Below are positions 1-15,134 of a stretch of DNA of 64,000 bases, one piece after another. The stretch's first letter is position 1, and the number at the start of each line of letters is the position of its first letter. Origin of the DNA: Octopus vulgaris. Its lineage: Eukaryota. The stretch is from positions 78,368,001-78,432,000 of the forward strand of contig OX597824.1 of NCBI GenBank assembly GCA_951406725.2. Direction: 5' to 3'. The position numbers were made by a program, and so were the translations under genes. The notes under the pieces were generated by a model, which made no database searches, had not been told where the DNA came from, and was given only the letters and a program-made list of their open reading frames with translations.

Positions 1-120
1 TGTATGTATGTATGTATGTAAGTATGTATGTATGTATGTATGTATGTATGTATGTATGTATGTATGTATGTATGTATGTATGTATGCATGCATGTATGTA
101 TGTATGTATTTATGTATGTG
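1..120. repeat. (TATG)n microsatellite
   Basis: Near-perfect tatg tandem array. Confidence 0.95.
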
Positions 121-312
121 TGCATATATGTGTATCGTTGTAATAAATATTTCGCAATTATAAAGAAAAGATTGTCTTCGCGTAAAGCAATTTAGCAGGG
201 ACTTACATAAACATGAAATGAGAAATCATGTTTAAACCAATAATGCGAAGAAATATAATGCAGAGTAAAAGGAAGATATATTAGAAATAAATCATGTTAT
301 AGAAATTACAAT

Positions 313-630
313 AGGCTCAGGCGTGCCTGTGTGGTAAGAAGCTTGCTTCCCAACCACATGGTTCCGGTGGTGCCGGGTTCTGGGTTCCGGGTTCAGTTCC
401 ACCGCGTGGAATCGTAAGTGCCTTCTACTATAGCCTCAGGCCGATCAAGATCTTCTAAGTGGATTTGGTAAACGGAAACTGATGTCCGTCATATATATGT
501 TTATGGGTGTGTGTGTTTGTGTGAGTTTGTGTGTGTGTGTGTCTGTGTGTGTGTGTCTTTGTGTTTCATTTGTTCCCACCACCACCACCATCGCTTCACA
601 ACCGATGTTGGTGTATTTACGTCCTCCGTC
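313..630 (+). mobile_element. tRNA-derived SINE family A, degenerate copy
   Basis: Matches the family head gtgtggtaag...caaccacatggttccgg and body ggatttggtaNacggaaactga, seen about 10 times in this window; internal (TG)n. Confidence 0.8.
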
Positions 631-869
631 TTCAGTGAAGAATTTTACATTTGAAGTGTTCACAGAAAGGAGATTAAAGATGGTCCTTTTATATGTAAAC
701 ATATGTACATTTTTTGTATTAAATGTATTTAAAATGTATTTAATATGTTTTGTATATCGACTTTCCTAACTTGTTTATCCTTACATTTGTATATATATAT
801 ATATATATATATATTGGTAAAAACGGTAAGATAACAAAAGAAAGAAAGAGACCTCAATATTATGTAAAG

Positions 870-3560
870 GCTTGGAAGATTTCGAAGCGGACCTACTGAA
901 AATTATGAATAAAATAAAATTGCGTAAGTCTTTAAACAATTTCCAACATAAATTGAAAAAAGATATAAAACATATAAAAAGCTCCAAGAAAAAAGCACTT
1001 TTTTCGGATAAAACCAAGAACTTATACCTGATAGATAACAGCATATATACACAACTCTTACACTAATAATTACTCTAAGGCTAGGCCACAGACATATAAT
1101 GAAATTAATAAAGAAGCTAGCGTTATCGCCGCTAAACTTAAATTAGATAAAAAAAATAGAAGTCCTCTCCTAAAAAGAGGCCTTTCTTACAATTAAAGAC
1201 CACAAAGAGAACTTCCTTTCCAACCCTAAATGTAGGCTTATCAACCCAGCTAAGTCAGAACTTGGGATTATTAGTAAAGAAATTTTAGATAAAATAAATG
1301 CGAAAATTAAGACCGCTACTAGGCTAGTACAATGGTCCAATAGTATAGAAGTCGTATACTGGTTTAAAGCCATTAAGAATAAGAAAAAAGCGAGGTTTAC
1401 ACAATTCGATATTGTTGATTTTTATGCCTCTATATCTAAAGAACTGCTAGATAAAGCCCTCGTCTTCGCTAGCGATTTCATAGAAATCAGTACAAAAGAT
1501 AAGGACATAATCTTCCATGCTAGAAAGACCTTACTTTTCAGTGATAACGCAAAGTGGGTCAAAAATACCGACACAGAGGGTGCTTTCGATGTGAGCATGG
1601 GGTCATATGATGGAGCAGGCATTTGCGATCTTATTGGATTTTTTCTCCTAGATACTTTAGTAAGACATTTCCTGACGTATATTTCGACATCTACAAAGAT
1701 GATGCCCTCGCTTTAACCGCTAATACAAATGGGCCAGCAGAGGATCGTTTTAGCAAGGATATTATCCAATTAATGAAATACTTCGGACTTAGTATAACTA
1801 TAGATACTAACCTGACGGTTGTCAATTTCCTAGACGTTTCCTTAGATCTAAATAAGAATATTTATAAGCCTTATAGGAAGCCCAATGATAGATTTAGTTA
1901 TATTAATGTAGGTTCATGCCATCCCCCTATAGTATTCAAAAATTTAGTTAAAAATATTAGTAAGAGAATTTCTAGCCTCTCCTCCGATAAGGACATTTTT
2001 AATAGCGTTGCCCCAGTTTATAATAAGGCTTTAAATGATAGTGGTTTTAGCGAAAAAATAAAATATACACCCGTTACTAGCCCAACAGTAAAGAAGAGGA
2101 AAAATAGAAATAGGAAGATCATCTGGTTTACACCCCCTTACTCACCCGAGGTGACCTTCAATATAGGTAAATATTTCTTAACACTGATAGATAGACATTT
2201 TCCAGTTAACCATACTTATAGGAAACTCTTCAATAAACACAATTTAAGAATTAGTTTTAGTTCTACTACCAATTTTAAAAATATAATCACACATAACACA
2301 CAAAAACCACAAGAAAACAGCTGTTCATGCAGGAATAAAGAATTGTGCCCGCTAAATAGAACTTGCATGTTCGAGACCATCATCTATGAAGCTACCGTGG
2401 ACTCTATAACCACAAAAGACACCGTGTTTCGACGAAGAAATACGTGGGCCTTACAGAGGGTAATTTCAAGGTCAGGTTCAATAACCACACCTTGAGCTTC
2501 AGGCACGGGAACAAAAGAAAAGTGACAAAATTATCTAATCATATTTGGTCTTTAAAATATAAAGGTGTCGATTATAACATCCATTGGAAGATTTTGGCCA
2601 AATGTAAGCCCTACACAAACGGCAGCGGAAGGTGCGGTCTATGCGACATGGACAGATGGCTTATCTGGAAAAGCAGCTTAGACCCTACTACATGTCTAAA
2701 CTCAAGGACAGAACTTTTCGGATCATGCCCATATGTGACTAAATTTTTGTTACGTTTTTGGTCCCCTAAAGAAAACAGATAGAACTTGCTTTCTATATTA
2801 TGTCCCAAAAAGTTTTTTATCTCATTATACCTTTTATTATTTCATATATATTTTTATATTTTCACACATTAATTTTTTCTGTACTTTTCTATCCTGCATT
2901 TTTCCTGTGCCTATATAGATGTGTATATAGATTCATTTGTACACGTGTGTGAATATGTATGAGTGGGCAGTTTTAGATGTGTGCGTGTGTGCGGGCATAA
3001 GAATGCACATATATATACAGACGTTTTTACTTAGTATTTATCCATTTTGGTGGGGGGGACATATGTATATTCATTTTTTGTATATGCGTGTGTATGTATG
3101 CGTATATAAATATGTGCGGGTATGTACATATGGGCGTGTGTATGTATGAGTGCATAGGAGCATGTCCGTATATGAACGTGGTTTTTATGCTTTGTATACT
3201 TCCTTATGTTTTTTTCTGTTACCTTTAACCATGGTTTTTCTTGTGCTTGTGCGTATATAGACGTATGTATGAACTTTTACGGTACGCATGTGTGTGTGTA
3301 TGAGTTTGTATATATATGCGTATATATTTGGCGAAAAATGTGAGTGAAGATGTGTACGTTTTCATAGTGACGTATAAGTACGCACGTGGGTTCGCGACAG
3401 AATTATAACTCAGTAATTTACCTTTATATAACGGTATTTTTTCATAGCGTTTTTCAGATGGCCAGATAACCGAAGAGATGGTGTTGTGGATTTCCACTTC
3501 GGCATCTGAAACTCAGAGTTTTATCTTGACTATTGAGTAAATGTAACATATTATTTTATA
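870..3560 (+). mobile_element. Penelope-like retroelement, frameshifted RT plus C-terminal GIY-YIG endonuclease
   Basis: Translated motifs KEAFLTIKDHKENF..CRLINPAKSELG, FDIVDFYASI, SMGSYDGA, YKDD (RT); CSC..CPL..C, IIYEATV..GLTEGNFKVRFNNH, CGLC (GIY-YIG region) across ORFs 872-1066, 1623-2495 and 2444-2782; 3' hammerhead motif; flanked by (TA)n. Confidence 0.9.
3465..3525 (+). ncRNA. Type I hammerhead-ribozyme-like motif at the 3' end of the Penelope-like element
   Basis: Stem I gataa/ttatc, core CCGAAGA (U4>C variant), stem II gatg/catc, GAAAC, palindromic stem III actc-a-gagt, GUU triplet. Confidence 0.6.
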
Positions 3561-3584
3561 GATATATATTCATATATATATATA

Positions 3585-3838
3585 TATTGGGTCGGTGCAT
3601 AATTATTGCGGCTTTCTTTTCAACAAATTTTATTCTACAAAGATAATAACTATATTTAACAAAAAACATCTTTAAATGACGGTCTGACTGTCTACCAAGC
3701 AAATGGGAAGCAGTAATTGAAGTAGATGGTGAATGTGCTCCGGAATAATCCTTTTAAAATGATTTTGTTACTTGTTATTGTTTTTGTTAAATAAAAATTT
3801 GTTGAAAAAGCGCCGCAATAATTATGCTCAAGCTGCAT
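3585..3838 (+). mobile_element. Mariner-derived MITE
   Basis: Inverted termini gcataattattgcggc...tcaacaaattt / aaatttgttga...gccgcaataattatgc; internal remnant resembling a transposase C-terminus (LPSKWEAVIEVDGE); sits in TA repeats. Confidence 0.75.
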
Positions 3839-4673
3839 ATATAAGGTTCAACATATAAATTTAAGTCAGGGAGAACATTCAACATAAAAGTTCCTCTCAC
3901 CTGTGCATTTTAATTTATCATCTCAAAAGCGGTGGAGATTACATATCTCAATGAGATTGACAGAATGAGGATACACAGCCAACAAATAAATTTCCGTAAT
4001 TATACACCTAGGTTTGTGCCTCGTCAACAAGTAGCCAAAATATCACATTTTCCCTCTCTATCAATGCACAGGGAAAACTTCAGCTCAATTCCAATTGAAT
4101 AAGAAAATATGTTTATTAAGAAATATAAATCACAACTACGTAGACAGAACAACTTTTATTCACGACAAAGGAGCAGAAACAACAGCCATAAATCAACAGT
4201 AATAGGCTGCCTCCAGGATGCAAAACCATAACTTATAAAACTATATATATATACTTATATAACTTATGGTTTTGCATATAAATATATATATATTCGTGTT
4301 TAGATGTATACGCGTGTGTTTATATAAGTAAGCAAAAGTATCTGTATGTGTGTGTGCGTGCAGATATGTATGTCTGTTTGTGTCAAGTGCGCTTGTGTGC
4401 ATGTGTGTGAGTGTGTGTTTCTGTAACATGAGCGCATGTGTGCGTGGTGTGTGTGCGAGCGCTAGTGTGGGTTTAAGTACATGCACGTGAATGAGTGTGT
4501 GTATAGACAACTGAAAAGACGGTGATGATAACTTTGCCGTTGTAAACCCTCCTGACCGAAATTTACTTGCCTGTGTATGTGTGTATATGCGTGTTTGCAG
4601 GTGTGTGTATGTATGTGTGTCTTTGTATGTGTAACTACATATGAATATTTATATATATATACGAGAGTATATA

Positions 4674-5058
4674 GAGGTGAAGCCGTAGCTGTGAGGTAAG
4701 AAGATTGCTTCCCAACCACACGGTTTTGGGTTCAGACTTACTGCGCGTCACCTTGGGCAAGTGCCTTCTAAATATAACCTCGGGCTGACCAATGTGTCAC
4801 CAGTGAATTTGGTAGATGGAATCTGATGGAAGCCCCTCCTAGATGCGTGTGTGTGTGAATCCGCCTTTATGTCTGTGGTTGTCCCTACCAACCTCGCTTG
4901 ACAGTGGGTTTAAATCAGCTTAACTTAGAGGTTCGGCAAGACAGACCATAAAAATAAGTACCAGGATTTAAAAAAAGTAAGTACTGGGTTGATTCATTCG
5001 ACTAAAATTCTTCAATGTGGTGCTCCAGCATGGCCGCAATCTGATCACTGAAGCAAGT
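4674..5058 (+). mobile_element. SINE family A, diverged copy
   Basis: ggtaagaagattgcttcccaaccac, ccttgggcaagtg, and tail tggtgctccagcatggccgca. Confidence 0.75.
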
Positions 5059-5401
5059 CACAGATAGGAAAAATATAGGTTTTCATACGCATCAGTATGT
5101 ATGTGTTTGTGAATATTTGCGTTTGTGTGTGTGTGTATGTGTGTGTGTTTGTGTTTGTATGTGTGTCTGTGTGTGTGTGTCTGTGTGCTATCGTGCATGT
5201 CTATGTATGTGTATATGTTTATGTTTATGTTTATGTTTTCCAGTTTCAGCTCTTGAGGTGTGGCCATGCTGGGGCACCGCCATTTGGTGTTGCTACATGA
5301 TTTTACCTCACAAATGCTTTTTAGCAACTGCCATTTGGTGCATCAGAGAGTTTGATGCAGCTACCCTCATCTGCACCTCCTGCCGTGAAGTTGGTTCATC
5401 C

Positions 5402-5461
<60 letters not shown>

Positions 5462-5582
5462 TGTGTGTGTGTACTTGTAAGTGCAGCATAGCTGATGGTT
5501 ACGAAATTCTCGACGTAGCTATTAGGACCCAGGCTCTTTCACACTGCTTGACGATGCTCACAAATATATTTATTTTCTATAG

Positions 5583-5716
5583 CCTCGGATCTCCTCGGAT
5601 ACATCGCGAAGCAAACAGTGTAGACAGTCAATGGACACTCATCGGATCGATTGTACTTCGCATTCGCTGAAGCCCCATCACACCTTGTGTCACTCTCATT
5701 CTGGTTGCGAATTCTG
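5583..5716 (+). other. Candidate exon 1 (non-coding or UTR)
   Basis: Non-repetitive island; acceptor atttattttctatAG and donor GTaagg. Confidence 0.4.
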
Positions 5717-5899
5717 GTAAGGTTACACATGTCTCGAGGATGCCAAGCCACTTACATGCTAAATCAAGGGCAGTTAATGTAGTTGATCGAATAACTTTAC
5801 TCTCATCATCGAACGACGGAGAACGACCATCATAAATGTATGTTTGTGCATATACATCCACACACACACACATATTCACACAAACACATATATGAGTTT

Positions 5900-7340
<1,441 letters not shown>

Positions 7341-7439
7341 CGTCTTCTTTGGATGTATCTGACTTTGGCTTTTGATGAGGAAGCCATGCTTGGCGATACT
7401 TGATAGTGGTGTTGGTGAAATGCTGACAATGATAGCGTC

Positions 7440-7538
7440 GACGTCTGTGGATAGTAGCCGTGGTGGTGGTCGGCGTCCTCGTCGTCGTCGAAGACGTATT
7501 TCTAGCGCAATTCGTCGATGGCAGTATCGGAAATGATG

Positions 7539-7614
<76 letters not shown>

Positions 7615-7645
7615 CAGCAGTAGTAGTAGTAGTAGTAGTAGTAGT

Positions 7646-7698
<53 letters not shown>

Positions 7699-9450
7699 AA
7701 GTGATGTTGTTGTTCTTGTTGTTGTTGGTGGTGGTGATGATGGTTGATGTGGTAGCTCTTGTATAGGTCAGTAATGTCATCGGTGTATTTGTGCTGGATC
7801 TAGATGTAGCGGTGGAAGCGATGGTGGTAGTAGTTCTTGTTGTTGTTGTGGTGGTGGTGGTGATGGTCGTCGTCGTCGTCGTCGTGGCGGCGATGGTGGT
7901 GATGGTGCTGGCGTCGTCGTCGTGGCGGCGATGGTGGTGGTGGTGGTGGTGGTGGTGGTGGTGGTGGTGGTGGTGGTGGTGGTGGTGGTGGTGGTGGTGG
8001 TGGTTTCCATCATTCGATGGACATCTCTCCATTGATTACGTTCACCTCATTTACATTCATGAGGTGGATGACAACGACGACGACGACGATGAGGATTGTG
8101 ATGGTTATGGTGGTCGTCGTTCTCGTCATCGTCGTCTTTCTTTATCGTGGCAGTGATGGTGTTTATGGTGGTGGTGGTGATGATGGTGGTGGTGGTGGTG
8201 TTTGTAGTGGTGGTTGTGGTGGTGGTCGTGGTGGTGGTCGTGGAGGTGGTCGTGGTCGTGGTGGTGGTCGTGGTGGTGGTCGTGGTGGTGCTGCTGCTGG
8301 TAGTGGTGGTGGTGGTGGTGGCAATGGTGGTGGCAATGGTGGTGGCGGTGGTGGTGTTGGTGGTGGTGTTGGTAGTGGTGTTGGTGTTTGTAGTGGTGGT
8401 GGTGTTTGTGCTGCTGCTGCTGCTGGTAGTGGTGGTAGTGGTGGTGGCAATGGTGGTGGTGGCAATGGTGGTGGCGGTGGTAGTGTTTGTGTTGGTGGTG
8501 GTGTTTGTGTTGGTGGTGGTGTTGGTGGTGGTGTTGGTGTTTGTAGTGGTGGTGGTGCTGGTGCTGGTGCTGCTGCTGCTGCTGGTAGTGGTGGTAGTGG
8601 TGGTGGCAATGGTGGTGGCAATGGTGGTGGCAATGGTGGCAATGGTGGTGGCAATGGTGGTGGCAATGGTGGTGGCAATGGTGGTGGCAATGGTGGTGGC
8701 GGTGTTTGTGTTGGTGGTGGTTTTGGTGGTTGTAGTGGTGGTGGCAATGGTGGTGGTGGCGTTTGTGTTGGTGATGGTGTTGGTGGTGGTAGTGGTGTTT
8801 GTGTTGGTGGTGGTGGTGGTGGTGGTGACGACAACGACATCGACGATGATGATGATTGTGGGTGGGGGTCGGGGGCTGATGATTGTGGTGATGACAGCGA
8901 CAAGACAGCTGTGATAAATAATAATGATGACAATTATGGTTCTGTTTCTGGTTCTGGTTCTGGTGCTGATGCTGCTTGAGCTGGTGGTGGTACTGGTAGT
9001 CATCGCCTGGGTGGTAGTGATGGTCATGGCTGAGTTGATGATGTCTGCGGTAGTGAGACTGCAGCAGGTGATGCTGATGATGATTATCTTGATAATTATC
9101 AAAAATGTCATTTGTGTCCCTCGTCATTGTCGTCATCACTATTACCATACCAACACCACCACCACCACTACCATCAGCAGCATTATCAAGAGCAGCAGCA
9201 GCAGCATCTTCAGTATTGTCATGTTTATAATTATCATCTTCGTCGTCATCATCATCATCGTTGTCGTCAGCAGCAGCAGCAGCAACAGCAACAGCAGCAG
9301 CAGAGCCATCACTAGTGACATTGTTGTTGGTGTCATTATCAACTTGATTATCGTTGTCGTTGCTGTCAGCATCTGTATCAGCTGCTGCTACAATAGCAGT
9401 AATAACATTAACAACAACAACAACAACAACAACAGCAGCAGCATAGCATT
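7440..9450. repeat. Compound trinucleotide field: (AGT)n, (GGT)n with (GGTGGTGGCAAT)n units, (CAG)/(CAA)
   Basis: Trinucleotide periodicity keeps multiple frames open on both strands. Confidence 0.85.
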
Positions 9451-9565
9451 CTTCGTAATATACATAATAATTTTCGTCGCAATAATGGTTTCAAAGTCGA
9501 CAATAATCCATAAATTTATGTAGCAGAAGTCGCTTGCATTGATATTAGTTCTTGAGTGCTTCGAG

Positions 9566-9975
9566 GTGGTATCAAAATATTCCGGGACTAGTTCTGTGGT
9601 ACACCAACAGATGGAAGCGCATGGCTGCCTGCCCAGTGAGAGCTAGCAGTGACCTGCATGAGGCAGTTTGCCTAATAACAGCACTGTGTTTGCTTCGCGA
9701 GTTGTGAAACTTGTGTTTTTGTGATCACGTGATCACGTGCATGGTGCAGTCTGCGATTTTTGTCATGAGCAGGGACATAGAGCCAATGTGAAATTTTGCG
9801 TCATACTTAGGAAGTTCTCTACATTGAGAGACATTGAGCATGCTCTGGCATGATTGCAGCGACGAGGCAATGGGTCGCCGCATGCAATGTTTCGAGAGAC
9901 ACGGGCGCTTGAAAAGCGGAGGAACATCCCTGGGAGACGACGAGCGATCTGGAAGACCTGTCACAAGCGTCACTT
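9566..9975 (+). mobile_element. Mariner 5' remnant (HTH region)
   Basis: Degenerate translation RANVKFCV..GDEAM..QCFE..LKSGGTSLGDDERSGRP; TIR-like gtggtatcaaaatattccgggact. Confidence 0.75.
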
Positions 9976-10489
9976 CTGACCCACAAAGACAAAAACTCAC
10001 ACCCCCTTTCTTGCGGTACTAGGCCCTAAACAAAATAACAAGAAAAAAACCCAGCCCCTGCATACACAAGCCCCCACAGAAAAAAGGACCCACCCCTTGA
10101 AACCTATGGCACCAACTGAAAACACTGTTACCCAAGGAACTGCTACTCCCCCAGACGATACCATGGAGGTATCAGTGGGGGAGTATATTACTATTGTACG
10201 GAAACGTACAGACACCATATCCCCATGCAATTCTCCTACAAAAACAGACACAACACCACAACAAACAATCAAAAAAAGACCCCACCTAATTGTCCCGGAA
10301 AAAAGAAAAATGAAAGAAAAAGAAAATAAGGAATGAAAACTATGTTGAGTTTGATACTCAAAATGATTATACGAACAATATAATATTGCCATAGTAACGA
10401 AGCTAAAGCACGCAAAGTTAATCCGCTTAGCACAGAGTTACCTAGGACACTGTTGAGTATGTTTTAACGTTTGAACTCACTTCCTCTGT

Positions 10490-11616
10490 TTAGAGCAGTG
10501 CTCAGAAGGAAGGTATGTAGCGTGTGACCATCACATTGTTCATGACAGAGAAAGTCGTCATGGTGATACTTGCTCAGAGGCCTACGCAAAGTTGCAAAAA
10601 GTGTATGGAGAGAGGTGTATAAGATGCACACAAGTGTATGAGTGGTCCAGACGTATCCAAGTTGGCCCCAAAAAAGTCCTGTCGACGAACGTTCTGGGAG
10701 ACACGCAGCCAACAGAACTGAGAAAAACATCGATGTGCGCTCAGCTGTGAGAGGAAATCGTCGAATCACCATTCATGAGTGTGTGGAAGCACTCCGTCGG
10801 TTTCGACGATGAGGGTTCCGGTTGATCCGAATCAACGGAACAGCCTGCTGATGAAATTAACGTGTAAGTGGCTGAGCACTCCACAGACACGTGTACCCTT
10901 AACGTAGTTCTCGGGGATATTCAGCTTGACACAGAGAGTGACAAGGCCGACCCTTTGAAATACAGGTACAACAGAAGCAGGAAGTAAGAGTGAGAGAAAG
11001 TTGTGGTGAAAGAGTACAGCAGGGATCACCACCACCCCCTGCCGGAGCCTCGTGGAGCTTTAGGTGTTTTCGCTCAATAAACACTCACAACGCCCGGTCT
11101 GGGAATCGAAACCGCGATCCTACGACCGCGAGTCCGCTGCCCTAACCACTGGGCCATTGCGCATCCACCTATTCATGAGTATTCAGACGATGTACAGATT
11201 AGTTACGTTTCAGTTCAGTCCAGTATCACTGAATATTTGGGTACGAGACGTGTGTCTCCCAAGTTTCTGCCAAAACTGCTTTCAGCTGACCAGAAATATA
11301 CTCGGGTTTCAGTTGCACAAGATCTTAATTGTGTCGAGAACGATGAAAACTTTTTGAAGACCATCCGTAGGCCTCTAATCCGGTATCGCCAAGATTTTGG
11401 CAAAATTTGATGCAGATTCTCTGTTCAACTTTCTCTGTTATGTTTAATGCGACGATCACAAGTTACACACATTCGTTCTAAGCAGAGAGCTAGAACGTTC
11501 AAAATTACAGCGCTTGCACAACGGAGTTCAGTCAACTTGTGGCAAGCCGCTTTAATCTGTGTGCTTTAGCTTCGGTAGTATGGCTGCAATCCGGATAATT
11601 ATTGATCAGACCACGT
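10490..11616 (+). mobile_element. Degenerate mariner remnant interrupted by a SINE
   Basis: KLQKVYGE..QVYEW..DERSGR motifs; SINE insertion with TSD attcatgagt. Confidence 0.65.
10781..11170 (-). mobile_element. tRNA-derived SINE family C (about 390 bp), full length
   Basis: A box tggcccagtggttagg and B box ggtttcgattccc; near-identical to copies at 27680, 29653 and 58063; TSD attcatgagt at 10771-10780 and 11171-11180. Confidence 0.9.
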
Positions 11617-11629
11617 ACATTTACATAAT

Positions 11630-11701
<72 letters not shown>

Positions 11702-11851
11702 AAATTTGAAAAGCTTTTAAACTATGTCATTGTATGATAAAAATTTATAACATTCTTCAGACATATTGACTCAAATATATATTTTTTAACATATTAAAAC
11801 AAGCCTTCTGTAGTTTTTTCACTTCTTGCTATTTTATATATATATATATAT

Positions 11852-12065
11852 AACGGGAAGCTTTATGAAAATAAACAAAAGACGAACGCAGGTGGAATAC
11901 AAACAAACAATTGTATTAGTATGGCGCTCAGGAATATAAATAAAACAAGTCTTTTACGTTTCGAGCCTACGCTCTTCAACAGAAAGATACACAGAAAAGA
12001 CACACGGAGAGAAACAAGGAGAGAAAATAAATGCGTGCAGAAGCTAGCGAATCAACATGGCGATC
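11852..12065 (-). mobile_element. Penelope-type terminal fragment with a minimal hammerhead-like motif (11950-11987)
   Basis: Minus strand tcttt-CTGTTGA-a-gagc/gctc-GAAACGTA-aaaga; adjacent to (TA)n; a related deleted copy lies near 20990. Confidence 0.6.
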
Positions 12066-12518
12066 AACGATAGATAGGTAGATAGATACAAACATATATA
12101 GTTAATCCAAACATGAAAACACAAAGAGAAAACACAACAACGCGAGGACGTGGAACAAGTATAGTGTTAGCTATATGTATATGTAGGTATGTACGTATCG
12201 TCGTAGATACATAGATGCACATGGACGAACACACACCGATACAAACACAAACATATACACATTTATGTTTGGGTGAAATGGCTGGAGAGATACAGAAAGA
12301 GAGAGATTGATTGATAGATACAAAGTATGACTGATGGCATTGCACCATAAAGACCTATGTGTAATTCGAATTTGTCGCCATGACGTATCCACGTGTATAT
12401 TGGACGCAGGTCATGGAGTATAGATGTTTAACTTCATTATGCATATAGATGAGATTGTATGTACAGGTGCCTACATGCCAGAAAAAAAAATATATAGATA
12501 GATATTAATATATATATA

Positions 12519-12620
<102 letters not shown>

Positions 12621-12724
12621 CATATATACAAACAAACACATACATAAATACATTCATATATATATAGAGAAATCGATGATAATTAGAATGATAAATATTT
12701 ATGTATGTATGAAAGCATCTATAA

Positions 12725-12760
<36 letters not shown>

Positions 12761-12952
12761 TATATATGTATGTATGTGTGTGTATATGTATACATATATA
12801 TATACATATGTATATATATATATATATATATGTATACATATATATATGCATATATATATGTATATATATATATACATATATATGTATATATACTTATATA
12901 TTTATATAACTATATATGTATATATAGCTATACATATATATGTGTATATATA

Positions 12953-13004
<52 letters not shown>

Positions 13005-13179
13005 TGGATATATTTATACACATATAGACGCATATATACACATGTACCTATGTGTACATATATCAACAAGCGAGGCCCACGTGCCTCTGTGTGTGTGAGT
13101 GTATCTTTCAGCATTTCTTACATATGTAATGGCATGTATCTATATTAATCTGTATCTATATACATACATATATATATAA

Positions 13180-13239
<60 letters not shown>

Positions 13240-13498
13240 GTGTGAAAACCTAAATTTATTTACGTATGCGTACATTTAAGTAAGTACGTAATATATGCAT
13301 GTAAACACATTAATAATGTATTCTGCAGCTGCGTGTTTGTGTGCAATATTATTGAAAGTTGCTTCTCTTGCCATGCATTTTTCAAAGGGAGATTCTGATG
13401 TATTTGATCTTCTGCACTGTTGTATATCACCGTTAATATATCGACTTGCCTTCATTGTTAGGTGATACACACGTACTCACTCACATACATACGTCGAA

Positions 13499-13530
<32 letters not shown>

Positions 13531-13535
<5 letters not shown>

Positions 13536-13640
13536 GAAATTATTGTATGCAGTGCTCAGGTGCACCACAACTTGCCAAAAGTGCGTATAAAGCATATGCA
13601 GTAATGTAAAAATGTCTGCAAAGTGAACAGTGTATGAGTC
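13531..13640 (-). mobile_element. CR1-like LINE 3' UTR fragment
   Basis: Reverse complement matches the 3' UTR at 17110-17210 (aagttgtggtgcacctgagcactg...caataatttcattat). Confidence 0.8.
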
Positions 13641-13658
13641 AGATACACACGTGTGTGT

Positions 13659-13695
<37 letters not shown>

Positions 13696-13771
13696 GAGGC
13701 ATGTAAGTACATATATATGCATATATACATATTGAGAAAGATGGTTATATATATGTGGGTGTGTGTCTGTG

Positions 13772-13832
<61 letters not shown>

Positions 13833-13833
13833 T

Positions 13834-13864
<31 letters not shown>

Positions 13865-14082
13865 TGATAGATAGATAGATAGATAGATAGACAAATTTCA
13901 GTAGATGTGTCTAATTCTACTTCGTTACGTGCACTCACACACAAGGCAAAGCATACGCAGTCGGAAACAAACACACAAACACACACACAACTGACACACA
14001 CTCACATATACACACACACACATATGTGTGTATATATATATCTATATATGCAGGTATGTGCATATATATATATATTTGTATA

Positions 14083-14123
<41 letters not shown>

Positions 14124-14154
14124 CACGTGTGTGTGTGTATGTGCGTATGTATAA

Positions 14155-14218
<64 letters not shown>

Positions 14219-14795
14219 CAATATATATATACATATATATGTGTGTGTGAGTGTGCACGTGTGAGTGCGTATATAGAGTCAGACAGACGGATACATACAT
14301 ACACATATAAATACATACACACACAGATAGATACATATATAACGTATGTGTATGTGCGTGTGTATGTGTGTGCACGTGTACTTAGTCAGCCAAAATTCCA
14401 GCAGAAGACATCACGTCACATAATGTGATACAGAACATTAATCTTGCCTTCTTTCCTTTCTCTACACATTCACCTACTTCTCGAAACATATAACGTACTG
14501 AAAAAGAGCTCCATATCGAAATATCAATGACACGTCCATTTTCTTCATCTCCGATTGAGCGTGAAACTAATAACTACATCGTGTGCACTTTATCTCGTGT
14601 GATGTTTTGCTAGTCGCTAATTTTGAACATATGCACGCTCGCACACACGCAGTCATATCATACACGTAAAATGTGTGTGTGTTTGTATAACTTCACTAAA
14701 TTAGGACCTACTTCCTACACTATATGTGCGTGTGTTTTTGCATATATATATGCGTGTAAATATGTAGATAGATAGATATATATGTAAATATAAGT

Positions 14796-14834
<39 letters not shown>

Positions 14835-14909
14835 AATATAAGTATACATATATATATTTTTTTATGTAATTATAAGTATACATATATCTATATAAATATA
14901 TATATATAC

Positions 14910-14945
<36 letters not shown>

Positions 14946-15090
14946 ATACATATAAATATATATGTATGTATGTATGTATATATATGTACGTTATGTATAT
15001 ATATTTTTTATTCAGAACCAAGCACGAAGGAACAGTTCTGGAAATGAAATGATGATATATATGTGTGTGCGTGTTTGTGTGTGTGTGTAT

Positions 15091-15134
<44 letters not shown>

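Noticed and set aside
10097-10336. 79-aa Thr/Pro/Lys-rich ORF
   Set aside because: No recognisable domain; possibly a LINE ORF1 remnant, but I cannot support that from the sequence.
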